The notes below the pieces were generated by a model that searched no databases, was not told the DNA's origin, and was given only the letters and a program-made list of their open reading frames with translations. 64,000 bases of DNA, from contig JAPDFW010000121.1 in NCBI GenBank assembly GCA_028826165.1, positions 62,001 to 126,000 of the forward strand, given 5' to 3'. The DNA comes from Anaeramoeba ignava BMAN. Its lineage: Eukaryota > Protista > Anaeramoebae. A program made the position numbers and the translations under genes. Positions 61,673-64,000 of this stretch are shown piece after piece (the first letter of the stretch is position 1; every line of letters starts with the position of its first letter).

Positions 61673-63342
61673 TTAATTTTGATTTTGATTTTGATTTTGA
61701 TTTTGATTTTGATTTTGTTTTTCATTTTGATTTTCATTTTTGAAAAAAAAGTTTGGTCCTTCTTGTGGTTCAAGAAATCCATGAAAAACAATTGGCGATT
61801 CAGATAAATTCCAACGAGCTCCATATTCTTTATAAATTATAAATTATAAATTATAAAATATAAAATATAAAATAAATTATTAAAATAATTGGAATAAAAG
61901 TTATTTATACCTTCAGAATTACGAATTTCGAAAGTATTCATTTCACTTTTTTGATTACCATTTACAATCTAAAATAAAAATATTTAATTTAATTTCGAAA
62001 TTTAAATAATAAATGTAAAAATATTTACAGGTAATAAATGAATATTAACCCAAGATAAATCCTTTAAAATTTTAATTAAACATTCTTCTGCAATTTTATT
62101 TTGAGCTTCAGTTGAACCACGAAGCTTTCCTTGTAACCACCAACTCTTTTCTGAACGTGAATAATGCTTTGCCAAAGCACGAGCACCCACAGATAATTGA
62201 ACAGGTTGTTTTTTTGGTTTTTCAATTTTGATATTTTTTTTCCCTAAATTTTCAAGTGTTTTTGCTAACCTTTCTTTTCTTGCTTTTTCTTTCTGTATCA
62301 TTTTCTGTGTGATAAAAGGTGCATTAAAGGAATGGAAAAGTTCTTGGATTGTTGGTGGGAAAATATTATATATAGAACTTAGTGTTATTCTTAATTGCAA
62401 AAGAGTTCTAACTCCATCAATTCCAAGTGAATTTAATAAAGATATCAATTGATTTTCTTTTTGATTTTCTTTTTCATTTTCAATTTGATTTTGATTTTGA
62501 TTTTGATTTTCATTTTGATTTTCATTTTGATTTTGATTTTGATTTTGATTTTGATTTTGGTTTTGATTTTGATTTTGATTTTGATTTTCTTTTTCATTTT
62601 CAATTTGATTTTCTTTTTCATTTTGATTTTTATTTTGATTTTGATTTTGATTTTCATTTTCATTTTCATTTTCATTTTGATTTTGATTTTCATTTTCATT
62701 TTCTTTTTCATTTTGATTTTTATTTTGATTTTGGTTAATAAATAACTCTTTCACTTTATTTGTTAGTTTTGCGATTTCTTGATATCTTTCTTGAATTTCA
62801 GGTATATTTTTAAAAGGAATAAATTTATATGGAAATTCATTTTTTTCTTCCCAAAGCTTAAGTGAATAAATAATGTGTTTATAATATGGTTTAAATGGAT
62901 ATCTAGGAAAATATTTTTGTGGATCCTTCAAAAAATTTTTATTCTGATTTTCATTTTGATTTTCATTTTGATTTTCATTCTGATTTTCATTTTCATTCTG
63001 ATTTTTATTCTGATTTTGATTTTGATTTTGATTTTGATTCTGATTTTCATTCTGATTTTCATTCTGATTTTCATTTTGATTCTGATTTTGATTCTGATTT
63101 TCATTTTCATTTTCATTTTCATTTTCATTTTGATTTTGATTTTGATTTTCATTTTGATTTTGATTTTGATTTTGATTTTGATTTTGATTTTGATTTTGAT
63201 TTTGATTTTCTTCTTCTTTTCCTTCATCTAAAAGTCTATTTGAGATTTCGATCGTTAACCAACTAACTTTTGAAATGTTATTTTCTTGAACTTGTTTTAA
63301 AATTTTTAAAAAAATTGATTCAAGAAATTTTAAAGAAATCAT
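61673..63342 (-). CDS. Conserved hypothetical protein with C-terminal LSVGARALAKH...EIR..YGARW....F.GFLEP domain; introns 61969-62028 and ~61828-61910
   Basis: Spliced tail WVNIHLLP-IVNG..TFEIRNSEEYGARWNLSESPIVFHGFLEPQEG; stop at 61673-61675. Resembles the C-terminal domain of plant ASCH-domain proteins. Confidence 0.7.
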
Positions 63343-63377
63343 TTTATTTTTTGAAAATGAAAAATGAAAAATGGAAA

Positions 63378-64000
63378 ATGATTTAATTTAATATTTAATT
63401 TATAAATTAATTTAAAAATATAATTTAATATTCAATTTTATGTTTAAAATAATATTTTATTGTTTTAGATTTAAATATTTTATTATTTAATTAATAAACA
63501 AAAAAATATCAAAAATAAGAATAGATTTAATTTAATATTTAATTTATAAATTAATTTAAAAATATAATTTAATATTCAATTTTATGTTTAAAATAATATT
63601 TTATTGTTTTAGATTTAAATATTTTATTATTTAATTAATAAACAAAAATATCAAAAATGAGAATAGATTTAATTTAATATTTAATTTATAAATTAATTTA
63701 AAAATATAATTTAATATTCAATTTTGTGTTTAAAATAATAATTTATTGTTTTAGATTTAAATATTTTATTATTTAAATATTTAACATATAAATATAAAAA
63801 ATGAGAATAGATTTAATTTAATATTTAATTTATAAATTAATTTATAAATATAATTTATTAGTTAATTTTATGTTTAAAATAATAATTTATTGTTTTAGAT
63901 TTAAATGTTTTATTATTTAATTAATAAACAAAAATATCAAAAATAAGAATAGATTTAATTTAATATTTAATTTATAAATTAATTTAAAAATATAATTTAA
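63378..64000. repeat. AT-rich satellite C, ~143-bp unit, at least 4 copies, runs off the window
   Basis: GAATAGATTTAATTTAATATT recurs at ~63520, 63662, 63805 and 63948. Confidence 0.88.

Overview
Extremely AT-rich, intron-containing eukaryotic (protist) genomic DNA with pervasive AAT-NAA hexamer repeats. The gene content (RCC1-BTB arrays, BTB-TLDc, Inr-like TCATTT motifs) suggests an Anaeramoeba-like metamonad; this is inference only. From left to right: a spliced Mutator-like DDE transposase, SurE, a C-terminally short Ric-8, a domesticated reverse-transcriptase-related rvt gene with an unusual RVVDD active site, a low-complexity N/D/E protein, an AN1 zinc finger, a SPRY-CTLH protein, BTB-TLDc, an array of nine RCC1-BTB-BTB paralogues with hypervariable propeller loops and on/off CaaX tails, a PMCA-like P-type ATPase with all catalytic motifs altered (likely pseudoenzyme), a CTL/SLC44 transporter, a synergin-gamma-like protein, an inverted pair of UBC4-like E2 genes enclosing two ~144-bp satellites and two cAMP-receptor-like GPCRs, and a protein with a polymorphic-toxin-like C-terminal motif. 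Many single-base frameshifts lie in homopolymers and are probably long-read errors. All family calls come from remembered motifs and hand translation; no searches were run.
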